This document shows, piece by piece, positions 26,824 through 38,734 of a stretch of DNA of 64,000 bases. Each line of letters begins with the position of its first letter. The first letter of the stretch is position 1. The notes beneath the pieces were generated by a model, which had not been told where the DNA came from, ran no database searches, and was given only the letters and a program-made list of their open reading frames with translations. The stretch lies in NCBI RefSeq assembly GCF_026210795.1, contig NC_089431.1:4774001-4838000 (forward strand). Direction: 5' to 3'. The translations under genes were made by a program, and so were the position numbers. The stretch comes from Rhizophagus irregularis. Its lineage: Eukaryota.

Positions 26824-28619
26824 AAACGTGTATTAAATTTAAAAAAAATATTATAAAGTTTGTTTCACAAAGCTTATCTGTTTGGTATATTTATTGTAAT
26901 ATAGGAAATATAAATAAATTTTTATTTCTTACATCTAACACAGTACTGAAAATTGTTTCCAGAAAGAAATAAAGCAATGAAACGCAAATTAGAATTTCTC
27001 GACTTTCACAAAAATTACTAAAATTACAAAATGTTTCGAAATTACTACACCCCTCGCTCTTAACCATCGTCAAAATTATGTAAGAAATTGCTATAATACT
27101 TTTAATGTGCAATCCCATCATACATCGAATGAAAGAGTTACCAAATAAATGAAGTATTATACACACATAAGGATAGCATCTATATCTATATAATCTACAG
27201 TATATAATCTATATAATCTATCTTCTATATAATTAAAAAAAATGTGTTTGTGTGACTAACGTTTAGATTAGCCTGTATAAATTAATTTTGAATTGCTGAT
27301 CCATGTTCTTTATAGTTAAGACTCGCTTTATCGGCAAGTCATTTTGTATATCTAAATATCTAATCCAATTCCGGTTAATGAAATTTTAATCGGAATTTTT
27401 TAAATACTTTTTTTTTTTGGTTTTTTTCCAGCCGATCTAAATTTTTTTTTCCCTTTTCCTTTTTCGGTTTGGTTTTTTCTTTCAAACCGAATTTTTTTTT
27501 CCCAAATACATTCTTTCACTATTTAGGTTTGAATCGATGATCAGATCAAATGTTGCGGCGCCACAGCAATTGTAATAATATTATTTTTTTTGTATCAAAC
27601 TCAATAAAAAAAAAATTTGTCTGACGTTTGGATTAGTCTCCGTATAAATAATTTGATAATTAAAACCCGTGACATGCCTCAGCCTGATCAATTCCAATCA
27701 ACTAATCCAATTTCAGTTAATAAATTTTTACCTTAATCGAAATTTTTTTCTTTGATTATTAATTTTTTTTTTTTCAAATATTTTAACTTTTTTTGGTTCC
27801 TTTTTTTTAAAATTTTTCAAACCGAAAAAAATTTTTTCTCCCTTTTCTTTCAGGCCTGAAAATTTGTTTTTTCTCATTCTTTTCCCGTTTAGGTTTAATT
27901 TTTTTCCCAAACCGAAAAAATTATATTTTTTTTTTATTAAATAATCCCATTGTTTTGGTCTTTTAAGACCAATTTTTTTTTTCACTCTCTTGGATCGGAT
28001 TATTGTCCTTTTTTTTCCAGAATTTTTTTCGTACTTATTTTTTTTTCGGTTTCCTTTTTTTTCAGAAATTTCCCTTTTTTTTAAACTGATTTCTTTCTTT
28101 ATCCTTTTTCTTCCCCCCCAAATTTTTTTAAAATTTATTTTTATTATTAAATAAAAAATAAAATATTATATTAAATATATTTACAAAATTATTATTTTTT
28201 TAAAAAAAATCAATATAACACAGATATAGGAAAATTGACCGACGTTGATAGAAAGATGAGTAAGATTTTTTCAATTAAATTGAACACTGGATAAATAGTT
28301 TGGTTTTTCAAATTCCAATTAATCAATTATAAAATATGTAAAAATATCATTTTTTTTTTGAAGAAATTGTTAATTTAATAATAGATTATTATAACCAAAT
28401 CCATATCCAAAATTCTCTAAATAACTACCAGATTTTTGAATAAAGATTTTAATTCTGTTTAGTTAAATTAAGTACCAAAAGAATAATAATAAATGAAATG
28501 AATAGATTCTAATACATTTGATTATTCAAATATTTTTTTAAGTTGGTTATAAGTCTAAGATTGACGTAATATAAAATAAGAAATAATTATAAAGTTTATA
28601 ATTAATAAAAAATTAATCA

Positions 28620-29100
28620 AAAAAATGAGGGTGAATGAAAAAATAAGGAGGTAAAAGGGAATAAAAGAAACGAAGGGGGAGTGAGGGAGAAATGAAATGG
28701 AGCAAAGGAGAGTGAAAGAAACAAAAGGAACGAAAAAGATCAAGTGGGAATGAAAAAATGAAAAGAATGGAGGGGGACGAAACAAAGGGAATAAAAAAAT
28801 GAAAGGAACAAAGGGTAGTGTAAAGAGAAGTGGGAATGGAAAAAAAATGAAAATGACAAAGGATAGTGTAAAAGAACAAAAAAGATGAGGTGGGAATGGA
28901 ATAAAAATGAAAGGAATGAAGGGTAGTGTAAAGGAATGAAAAAGATGAAGGAACGAAAAGGAAATAAAAAACAATGGAAAAAATGAAGGAAAGGAAGAAT
29001 AAAAAGAGCAAAAGAGATGAAGAGACAAAAAGAAAACAAAAAAGTGGAGAAGAGACGAAATGAGATAAACAGGGGGACTAAGTAAAAAACAAAACCCATA
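28620..29100 (+). repeat. Purine-rich degenerate repeat tract
   Basis: Repeats of GTGGGAATG..AAAAATGAAAGGAA..GGGTAGTGTAAA; almost no C on the + strand. Confidence 0.7.
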
Positions 29101-29329
29101 AAACTAAAAGAAGAAATAAAGTTAGTAGGGAATGGAAATTACATGTAATAAATAAAAAAATAAAAAACATACCTTAGGCTGGGCAAAAAAAAAATTTAAA
29201 TTCTCGTTATTATTATTATTATTATTGACATGAATTTGATAATGAAAGAAACAAGAATACTGAAAATGAAGAAATCATTAACGAAGAACCATCCAGCGAG
29301 AATTCCAGCAAACATTCTAATAAAGAAAA

Positions 29330-30345
29330 GTCTGGTGAAGTATTTGCTGAAAAATCTAACGATTTTGGTCATTACTAATATTTGTCTAATATAATTCATT
29401 TATTACTAATTTATTATTTCATTTTTTTTTCATTTTTACAATTATTATTGTTCTTATAAAGTAAGACGTTCAAAGATTTTGAAAACCTGCCAAATTTACA
29501 TGTTAACCTACATTTGATACAACATGCTAAAACTACACAACTTTATTGAATATACCGGTGTAGGGACGAAAGAGATGCATATGGTGCACAGAATTTTCAA
29601 GAATATCATGCCACAGACAAACCGTAAAAAGATGGAGTTGTATTTGCCAAAGCGCGATACAACGTTATTTGCAGTGCGTCATTTATTCAATAGAGGTATC
29701 AATAGTCATCTTTTCTCTATGAATAATACCTTAATAAATAACCTTCCTAAAATGGCTGATAGATGGTTGATTTAAGTCTTTAGATTTTAATGATGATATA
29801 AGTGAAGGTTTGATTTAAGATTTATATTAATTAATTAATTATTTTTGAATTTTATTTTAATTAGTATTTTTAAATAGTACATTCACTGGATGAACGTTTC
29901 TCAAAGATAACCTTGAAGAAGTGCATATCAAGAAAGGCAATGAAATTTTGCCGAATGATACTGACTTTCATATAGAATTGGCAATATCGCACTAAGATAT
30001 GGATTATTATTTAGCAATTTTTGAAAATTTATATCAGTTCTATGAATATACATGTTTTTTGGCAGAAGAAAATGATACTAAAGTCTTGCATCACCTACAT
30101 ATTGGTGAAGTTGTCACCATAGTTGATGGCGAAACTTTTGCAATCATTCAGTTTTAGCCAAAACAGCAACCAACAGTTCAGTTTCGTTTCTGTTGATGGA
30201 TTTGAATGCCCTGTGTTCAAGCTCCAGTCTACAAATGGACAATGACGTATCTTTCCTATAAGCGTGATTCGTACAAGTACTACACATTTTATTCATTATT
30301 GTAATGGAAATGGGAATGAATGCATCGATGGTCACAATTTCAAAA
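29330..30345 (+). pseudogene. Degenerate EnSpm/Plavaka-like (CMC) transposase C-terminal region
   Basis: Frameshifted translation FENLPNLHVNLHLIQHAK...GVGTKE(MH)MVHRIFK resembles the H-x2-3-H...E-x2-H/N-x3-K motif of CMC transposases; several stops and frameshifts. Confidence 0.45.
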
Positions 30346-31832
30346 CAAAATGTATATACGAAATCTTTACTTTATTAAAGATGCCTAATATGTATTTATA
30401 TATGCTTTATTTTATTTATGAATGTCATCAGGAAATTTTTACAGGTGATATATAGCGATATATATCACTTTATCGATATATATCCCATTTATTTATAAAA
30501 TGTGATATATATCGATAATAATCACACTCGTCGATTATTAATGATGTGATTAAATCAACAACTATCATCACTAACGATTATTATTATTATCTTATGGTAA
30601 AATAACGTTAGATTATTTATTGTATTAAATAACTTTATATTATTTATTGTTAGATAACGTTAAATTACTTTATTGTTAAATGTGGTTCAGTTTTATTATC
30701 ATATCAATAAAATACATTTGAAATCTATGCTAAATCTATACTAAATTCTATACTAAAACTATACAAATCTATTATGGTATATCTAATCGGATCCCATTGA
30801 AATTCCATGCACCAAAAGATTTACCAAAAAAGAAAGGTCAATTTCAGACCCGTCTATGAAAAAAGAAATTTTGAAACATTAATAAACGTTTCATTATTGT
30901 AAAAAAAAAAAAATAATAATAAGGAAAACCCACCCACCGAATCCCAAAGTGTCCAAAGACCAGGCGTCTAATAAAAAAGAGAAAATTCATAGTGTCAGTA
31001 TAGAATAAATAAATTAAGACAGAAAAAAAAGCTTTTACCGAAAACTGATATCTTGCTTCCAAGGAACTGACCTAATAAGAAAAAGAATAGTTAGAAATCA
31101 TTCGTTAAAATAAAAAAAATTAAATGAAAAAATAATAAACCTACAGAATTGCCGCTAAAAACTGGAAAAAAAGAAAATAACGAACCTTAATAATCGTTTT
31201 GTTAAAAAATATTTTTTTAAAATAAAAAACCCGATATCTACCTTGAAATCTGATGAACCTGATCACATAAAAAAAAAAGAAAATAACGAAACATTAATGA
31301 TCGTTTCGTTATTTTTTTTAAAAAAATATTAATACCTCCCCTCAAAATCCAAAAAACCGATCACCTACAAAATAAAAAAAAAGAACTATTAGTAAAGTTC
31401 GTTAAAATAATAAAAAAATTAAAATAAAAAAAAATTAAGTCTTTATACCAAAATGGTGAGTCTAAGGAAATTTGAAGGCAAAAGATTTACCAGAATGTCA
31501 TGTCTAAAGAGACCGAAGAATGCCTAGAAAAAAGGAAAGGGAGGAAAAGAGAAAGAGCAAAGAGAAAGGAAGACGAGTAAAAGAGGGATATGGGAAAAAA
31601 GGAAAGAAAGGGAAGGGAAAAAAATGAAAAAGGTGGAAGGGGAAAAATGAAAGAAAGGGAAAGGGAAAAAAACGAAAAAGAAAAGGAAAAGGGAAAATTT
31701 ACGAAAAAAAGTTTTAGCTTAAACTAAAAAATGCTTAAGTTTTAACGGTAAAATGATCAAACTGCCAATGAAAAAAATGGGAAAAATGAAATAAAACGAA
31801 AGGTAAAAATGAAAAAAAAAGAAGGAAAGTGT

Positions 31833-32535
31833 AAAAAGGGTGAAGTAGGTGAAAGGGAAAGTGTGAAAGAAAGACAGATGAGAGGGGAAGGAAAAAGAAG
31901 GGTAAAAGAATGTGAATGGGAAAGGGTGAAAGTAATGTTTAATTAAACTTTTAAAAAAAAGTTTAAAAAAATAGTACTTATCGCGTCGCGTTTTAGTAGT
32001 TAATCAATGGAAAGTTGTGTTACATGATATGATACGATACACGTGATTGTTAAATAGCCTCGTTATTTTTAATTAATTATAATATCATGTTACACTAACA
32101 ATGGAGTAATGGAAAGTAATAGAGGAAACAAAAAGGAGAAATAGGACATGATGAGAGACGAAAAGAAGGATGAAAAGAAATGATGGGAAGATGAAGAGGA
32201 GTAATGGGAGACGAAAAGAAATGATGGAAGACGAAAAGAAATGATGGGAAGATGAAGAGAAGGTGAAAAAAAAAGAAAAAAGAAAGCGTAAAAAGGGTGG
32301 AGTGGGTGAAGGGAAAGTGTGAAAGAGACGGATGAGAAGGGAAGGAAAAAGAAGGTTAGAAGAGTATAAATGGGATGGGCGAAGGAAATGGTTAATTAAA
32401 CTATAAAAAAAAAAGTTTAAAAAAATAAACTTATCATCGCGTCTTAGTAGTTTAACTAACAGAAAGTCATGTCACATAATATAATACACGTGATTGTTAA
32501 ATAATCTCGTAACTTAATTATAATATCATGTTACA
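31833..32535 (+). repeat. Direct duplication of about 250 bp (31833-32093 vs 32290-32535)
   Basis: Shared GGGAAAGTGTGAAAGA...TACACGTGATTGTTAAATA...TTAATTATAATATCATGTTACA. Confidence 0.85.
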
Positions 32536-32711
32536 TAACGCAAATCTATACAGGATTGATTAACATTAAATAACTTACAGAAATTTATTGATAAAATCTT
32601 TTAACACTTAATATCATTATTTATTTTTCAGATTATTGTCAATAAATATCATTAATGTTAAATATCTTATAGAAATTCATAGATAAAATTTTTAACACTT
32701 AATATCATTAA

Positions 32712-35700
32712 GTCGTGATCCGCGAATGATCGGCATCAGATCATATGAGTTGTGTATAGTAAATTTGGGGATAAGATACATTATAACCAGTTGTAATAAA
32801 TTTAAATCTCTCGTTGACAACCTTTAAAAACTGTCATAATGGCTCCAACTTTACACGTTACTTTAATAAAACCAGGAACTATAGTTCCTGAACTTCACTA
32901 TGGACCTTATTCTTTTTATTGGTGGATAATTTCAAACGAAAATGAAACTTTATTTCCGATTAGGCTGGGACAACAGACTAAAGTTTGTCTTAACGAAGTA
33001 GATTTCATTTTAACTATACAAACTGGTTCTGGTAATAACAAATTAATGCCAATGTATTGTTGTCAAAGTGGTTTACATGTTGTTACAGAGCCAAGTTCTA
33101 CAAAGGCTATTTCTACAGCTTATAAAAACCGTTTCAATACTTCAACACGCTATTCAGGGTATCAAGCAATGGGTTGGAATGACAAAAATATCCTTGAAAC
33201 TTTAAAACAAGATATTCAACATATTCCCGTTACTGTTAATGTAGAAAATTGTATAATTTTTATTTATGGTATAGGGACTTCTTCACGCGAAAAATGGCGT
33301 TATGCAGGTTCAGGTTTTCAATCATCCCTTCTTCATATGTATGAAAGAAAGCAGTCAATTTTTGTATCACGGATTGAGGAAAAAAAATGCATTGTTGAAA
33401 TTTACCGAGAATCTGCTTTAATAAAACAATTTAAAGGCGCAACGCCAGATGAAGTGTGGGAAAAAACAGGACAACTGAAAAAATTTACCGGCACACAACT
33501 TTATGGTCTTGATAATCCAATTACAAAAAATCTAATTCAGCAGCATCGAACTCAATGCACTCTTAATGACTGGAATGATGAATATATTTTAGAAAGGTTA
33601 TTTGATTATCATGTAAAAAGAAGAACTCTGGCAAATGCTAATTGGAAATATTTTTTTACAAGTTGGCTTAAAACTGAAAATCCAATAATTGAATTAGAAC
33701 CTGCTTTGCATGCTATATATCCAAAAGGATATGAATTTAGTGAACGTGAATTAAGTGCGTGGCAAACCATGCTAAAAGCAGTTGGTGCAACAAATATAAC
33801 TCCTTGGTTATCTGAAGAATCAAAGGTCAGTAAATTTGTGATATTTTTATTGTTATTTTTTTTATCTTCAAACACTAAAATAAATATTTTTTTATTAGCG
33901 TCAATTATGGACAAAATCACCAAATGGAAAAGCAGACAAGGTAGCATTTGCTGCTTTATATAAAAGTGGTTTTCTTACTAGTATTCCAAAGAATATGCCA
34001 AACGCAACACATACATTTTGGATGTGTTTTGAACGTGCACTTGCTAACAACAAAAAAACTCCTGATGGAAAAAGACGTATACTTTCTATAATTTCCAATG
34101 AGTTTACCTATGGAGAACTAAAACAAAATTTGAATGTAATATTTTATAGTTTTGCTTTATATGTAAAATTTTAATGTACACGTTCTTGAATTATTTATTC
34201 TTTTATTTTTAAAATTATGTAAATAAACTAGACGTAAAAAAGACAATGAAAAATTTGCAAAAAATTATTACTGATACAATAATGTAAAATTTTATATTGT
34301 TTTTATAATAAATATATACAGGTTGGTTCACATACTATTGTAGAATCTCGCAAGCATGCACGTATCAATGGTTATGGATCCCCTCCACTTGTAAAACCAA
34401 TAATTTGCCGAAGAAGGTTTACACCTGAAATGCTTGAACAAATTGACAGATTTTTAAATGATAAAGAATTTGTCAATATGAGTTCATACAAAACTGATGC
34501 AAAATCAGGAAAACCAATCAAATACTTACAAGACACGAAAAAAGCATTATGGGAAAGATTTGCAGAAGAGTATCCTAATGGTATGCGTCGTACATCTTTT
34601 ATGACATGTCTTGAAGGTGGTCAATATGTGTACTGAGAAAATTTAGGTGGATTATGTTCTACATGTAATGACTGTGGTTATATGGTATTTGGAGATATTG
34701 GAGTAATTATTTCTGCCCATGTTATGGATGAACCTCTGAAGGTAAAAATAAATTTTATTAAAATTTGCAAGTATGAATTCTAATATATTTTATCTTATTA
34801 GAAACGTTTATTAACAAAATCACAAGAATTGCGTCAATACATACGTCGAGAATATTCAAAAGAACTGGAGGTTACAGCAGCTGGTATCGCGGTTCATAAT
34901 TCCTGTATTAGTCATTGTATACGACATGCCTTTGGAGACTGTAATCTTAATCATCCAGTTACCTGTTCAAAATGTGAAAGTATTTTTAGTTTTTTTGAAG
35001 AATTAAAAGCAGCAATAAGTGAAGAGTATTTTGAAATTCTTGATGAATATCAGCAAAAACTCATAGCATGGATGGCACATCATGCCCGTAAAACATACTT
35101 GAATATTCATGTACGAACAAATTTAGAAGAATTGGATGAAGAAGGTGCTGTAATGATTGTAGATTACAAAATGAGGATATTACCTCAAAGTGCACGTGAG
35201 ACCAAAACAGAGTTTTTTGGAAAACGCGGTTGGAGTTTTCATTCTGTACTTGTATATACCAAAAATATGGAACAAAATCAACTGGATGTTCAAGTATTTG
35301 ATCACTGGTCTAACGATATGCGCCAAGATGCATGGTTTACTGCATCTTCCCTCCATACTGTAATTGAAACATTGAATCCAAAACCCAAATGGGTAACAAT
35401 AATGTCAGATAACGGCATGCATTACCACTGTACAGAGTTAATGTTGATTATTGCACATTGGAAGGAGTGGTATAATATAATTCCTCGCAAATGGATCTTT
35501 CTTGAAGCAGGAGAAGCCAAAACTTCGATTGATTCACATCATGCACAGGTGCATTCTGCTATATTATTATATTGAGAGTCAAAGATAATACTGATTGAGT
35601 GATTGATCAATTCATTGATAATAATAAGGTTTCTCAAGCAATGAAAAGATACGTAAAGCTTGGATATGATGTTATTTCTGGAGATGATATCGAATTAGCA

Positions 35701-37062
35701 GTAAAAGGTATAGCAGGCGTCCGAGTTTCTAATTTGAATCCTAACAGAGATAATGGTAAATTGTAGTTCTAATTAGCAAGCTGTAAAACTTGAAATAAAT
35801 CTAATATTTATTTTCAATTTAGATAAAGCAAAATTGGGCACAATTATGGGAATATCCAACCTGCAAGAATGGACTTGGCCCACGGACAAAGAAAAAGTAG
35901 GATATATTCATGCACGTGCACTACCAGGAATTGGAGAGTGGAAAGAATGGTCACTTGAAAAAATAGAAAAGATTGTTAAAAAGCGAAAAATTGAAAAACC
36001 AAATCCTACTTTTACATCTCATACACAATCAATTAAGCAATGGAATATACCAATTTTAAATAAAGAAAGTGAGTTTACCTGTTTCCATATTATTCCTAAA
36101 TAAAAGTAACATATTTGCTTGTTAGACAAACAAGATCCAACACAGAGTGAATCGGTAGGTGATATTCAATTCTAGAATTTTCGTTATATTCTTTATTATA
36201 ATCCTATTTGCTATTATGTATTTGTATTACCAATAATAAGCGCCAAGAATATGTGAACCAAATACTTTCTGATCTGACTAACCTGGAAAACAATAGATCA
36301 TTGGAAACCAAAAGGTATAAATATTAAACAATCACATCTTTATTTGTTGATTGTATTATTTATTTATTTTTTTTTTTGCGTAGTCAACAAACGTTTACCA
36401 GTGGATGGGCTCTAAAAGAAAATGAAAAAACTCGTCAGCGTGGACCAGTAAAAAGAATATCTCCCCAAGTAAAGTATCTTTTAGAATCAATGTTCCATAC
36501 TGGAACAGCAAATCCTCGTCAAAAATTAAATGCACAACAGATGCATGAAGAACTTTTAAAGCGTGCAGAACTTGGAGAAATTGAAGAAAATGACATACCT
36601 AAAGTAACTACAATAACAAACTGGATTTCAACTTTTTCACGCAAATGGAAAGAGGCTATGGCTTTGCGTACTTTGGAAGAAAATATGGACTCTGAAAATT
36701 CATAATAAATACTTGTAGCAAGTACTTATAAAGAGAGAAATGTAAATAATGTTTAATAAATGTTAAAAATTCGTAAATTGAAAAGGTGAAATTTATGTAT
36801 TATATATACGTGTACCTCTAAAATCTACAGCTGCTACAAAGAAAAAATTTTTCGTCAAGTCGGTTAAATGAAATTTTTTTTGTCAAACCATATTTTACAT
36901 TATTGCGCAGCTTGTCATGTGATCTGGTTGAGCTGTGAATTTGTTTTAGTAATACTTGCCTTATTGCGAATGATAGCAGTTATTTTTATTTAATAAATGA
37001 TCGACAAATTTTTACCCCAAAATTTAATAGTAATTTTGTGTCGATCTTTCACGGATCATGAC
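32712..37062 (+). mobile_element. 4.35-kb Sola-like (probably Sola3-type) DNA transposon with TTAA target
   Basis: TTAA|GTCGTGATCCGCGAATGATCGGCA ... TGTCGATCTTTCACGGATCATGAC|TTAA (20/24 TIR); encloses the transposase gene; excision restores a unit of the host's local repeat. Confidence 0.8.
32839..36705 (+). pseudogene. Multi-exon DDD transposase with N-terminal FYR-like modules and C-terminal homeodomain-like region; one premature stop (34634-34636)
   Basis: Exons 32839-33825, 33899-34135, 34322-34741, 34802-35548, 35629-35755, 35823-36068, small exons and a last exon to 36705; the first six splice in frame. Motifs DYKMRILP..RE...FFGKRGWSFH, QD, SDNGMHY, EAGEAKTSIDSH, GWALK. Confidence 0.75.
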
Positions 37063-37429
37063 TTAAATATCTTTCAGATAATTATCAATAAATATCATTA
37101 ATGTTAAATATCATTATATTTTTCCAGTTGTTTATTGATGATCATCATAATACATTAATTATCGATTTATTTAGTACGATAAAATGTGATAATTATCAAT
37201 AAAGTGATAATTATCGATATTTATCTTCCAAAAAAATTTCCTGATGGTATTGATTTTACATTTTACAATTAATTATTACAAGCAAATAAATTGACGGTAA
37301 TTTGAGTTATCTAATACTCAGTTTATACATGAATAACAATTTCACTACGATTTATTATATAAGTGGCTGCAACGTGATTATAAATGCTGTTATGACATAA
37401 TTAAGATACATTCTATACGTGTCTACAAT

Positions 37430-37629
37430 CACAGGTCGAAATGCTAAAAATCGGCAAAAAAAATGGCGCGAAAAGCAGTGGCTATTCTTGGCTATTCTTG
37501 GCTATTCTTGGCTGTTTTTGGCTATTTACGAATTAACCTATACTATTTGTAAATAGTTTATACAAATTTGCGAATAGTTTATGCGATTTGCACCATTTTT
37601 TTTGCCTATTTTTAATCATTTGACGTGTG
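37430..37629. mobile_element. 200-bp CACTA/CMC-like MITE
   Basis: About 43-bp imperfect TIR starting CACAG/CACAC; AAT duplicated on both flanks; internal GGCTATTCTT tandem repeat. Confidence 0.8.
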
Positions 37630-37968
37630 AATGTGGTTATGATGTCATTAAAAAGACTCTATAATCTATTATGCCATTCAATGATTTATTAAATTTTATT
37701 TACATAATTAGTTATGATGATGCTAAAATCTATTACATAAGTCGTTATTGACGATATTGCGATTTATTGAATATCGTCTTAATATCCATCCAGTAACTAA
37801 AACTGTGACGAAGCCGTGACTAACTCAAGACAAACATATGACTAACACGTGATTAACTCTTTCCCTGATTGTTCACAAGTTGTTCATGCTTGGCCACGAC
37901 TTCGTCTTGGTTTGACATGTTTCTGTAAAGAAATGTTGTATCAAATTAATAAAAGTAATTTTCATAAT

Positions 37969-38427
37969 CGGAGTAACGAACTTAAAATAATTCTTTCTCT
38001 TCCCTTAATTTATAAATTACATTATGTCCACTCTTCAATATGAATTAATTTATGCAACAGTTAATAGAGCAACAATGTTAATTGATACTAATATTTACAA
38101 TGAGATACACAAACATTTTGAATTTAAAAAACAACAGTCCTTGCTGATAAAATTCTTACAAATGATGAAAAAACTGAAGCAGTAAGAAAAATAACTAAAG
38201 GTTATGAATCACTTAGTCCAGCAATGATAGTTGAATGGATTCCATATAACTATTTGAAAAATATTAATTATTTGACAAAAGGTGGATTCTCCGAAATTTA
38301 TACAGCAGACTGGATTAATGGAATATATAGTGAATGGGATTCTAAAGAACAACAATTAAAAAGATTTAGAACTTTATAGTAGTACTTAAAACATTAGAAA
38401 TGTTGAAAGTGCAAATCAAAGTTGGTT
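37969..38427 (+). pseudogene. Truncated copy of the 5' UTR and exon 1 of the kinase at 16830
   Basis: Near-identical to 16773-17413 with a 177-bp internal deletion and several 1-nt frameshifts. Confidence 0.93.
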
Positions 38428-38734
38428 ATATAATTTTTTCATAATAATTTAATGAAGGCTTAAATTCATGCTTTAATTTTAGATACTATATTTAAGGCCA
38501 TTTTTCATTTTTCTCTTTTAAAGTAAAAATTAAATGGTGATCTTAAATACGATTCGATACAATTTTGTAAATCTAAAATAGCTATTGTTAATCGAATAAT
38601 CACGTGATCAATGTGTTTAATTGAATGATCTTGTGACCGACGATCATGTTACGAAATAATACGAATGTTGCAAATGTTACGAATGTTCAATATGTTTAAC
38701 ATATGCAACATATTTAACATGTTTAACATATAGC

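Larger units (their letters stand above)
30426..37246. mobile_element. Non-autonomous TIR element (CACTA/CMC-like) hosting the Sola-like insertion
   Basis: Perfect 15-bp TIR CATCAGGAAATTTTT / AAAAATTTCCTGATG; subterminal GATATATATC/GATAATTATC palindromes at both ends; 2-bp duplication (GT, or AT if the termini are CAGG). Confidence 0.75.

Noticed and set aside
27181..27275. Helitron 5' end (TCT..TATATAAT), with possible 3' ends near 15410 and 21975-21995
   Set aside because: The hairpins are degenerate and no correctly ordered pair of ends could be matched.
28555..29099. Three overlapping Phe-rich ORFs on the - strand
   Set aside because: Artefact of a purine/pyrimidine-skewed repeat that lacks stops in all frames.
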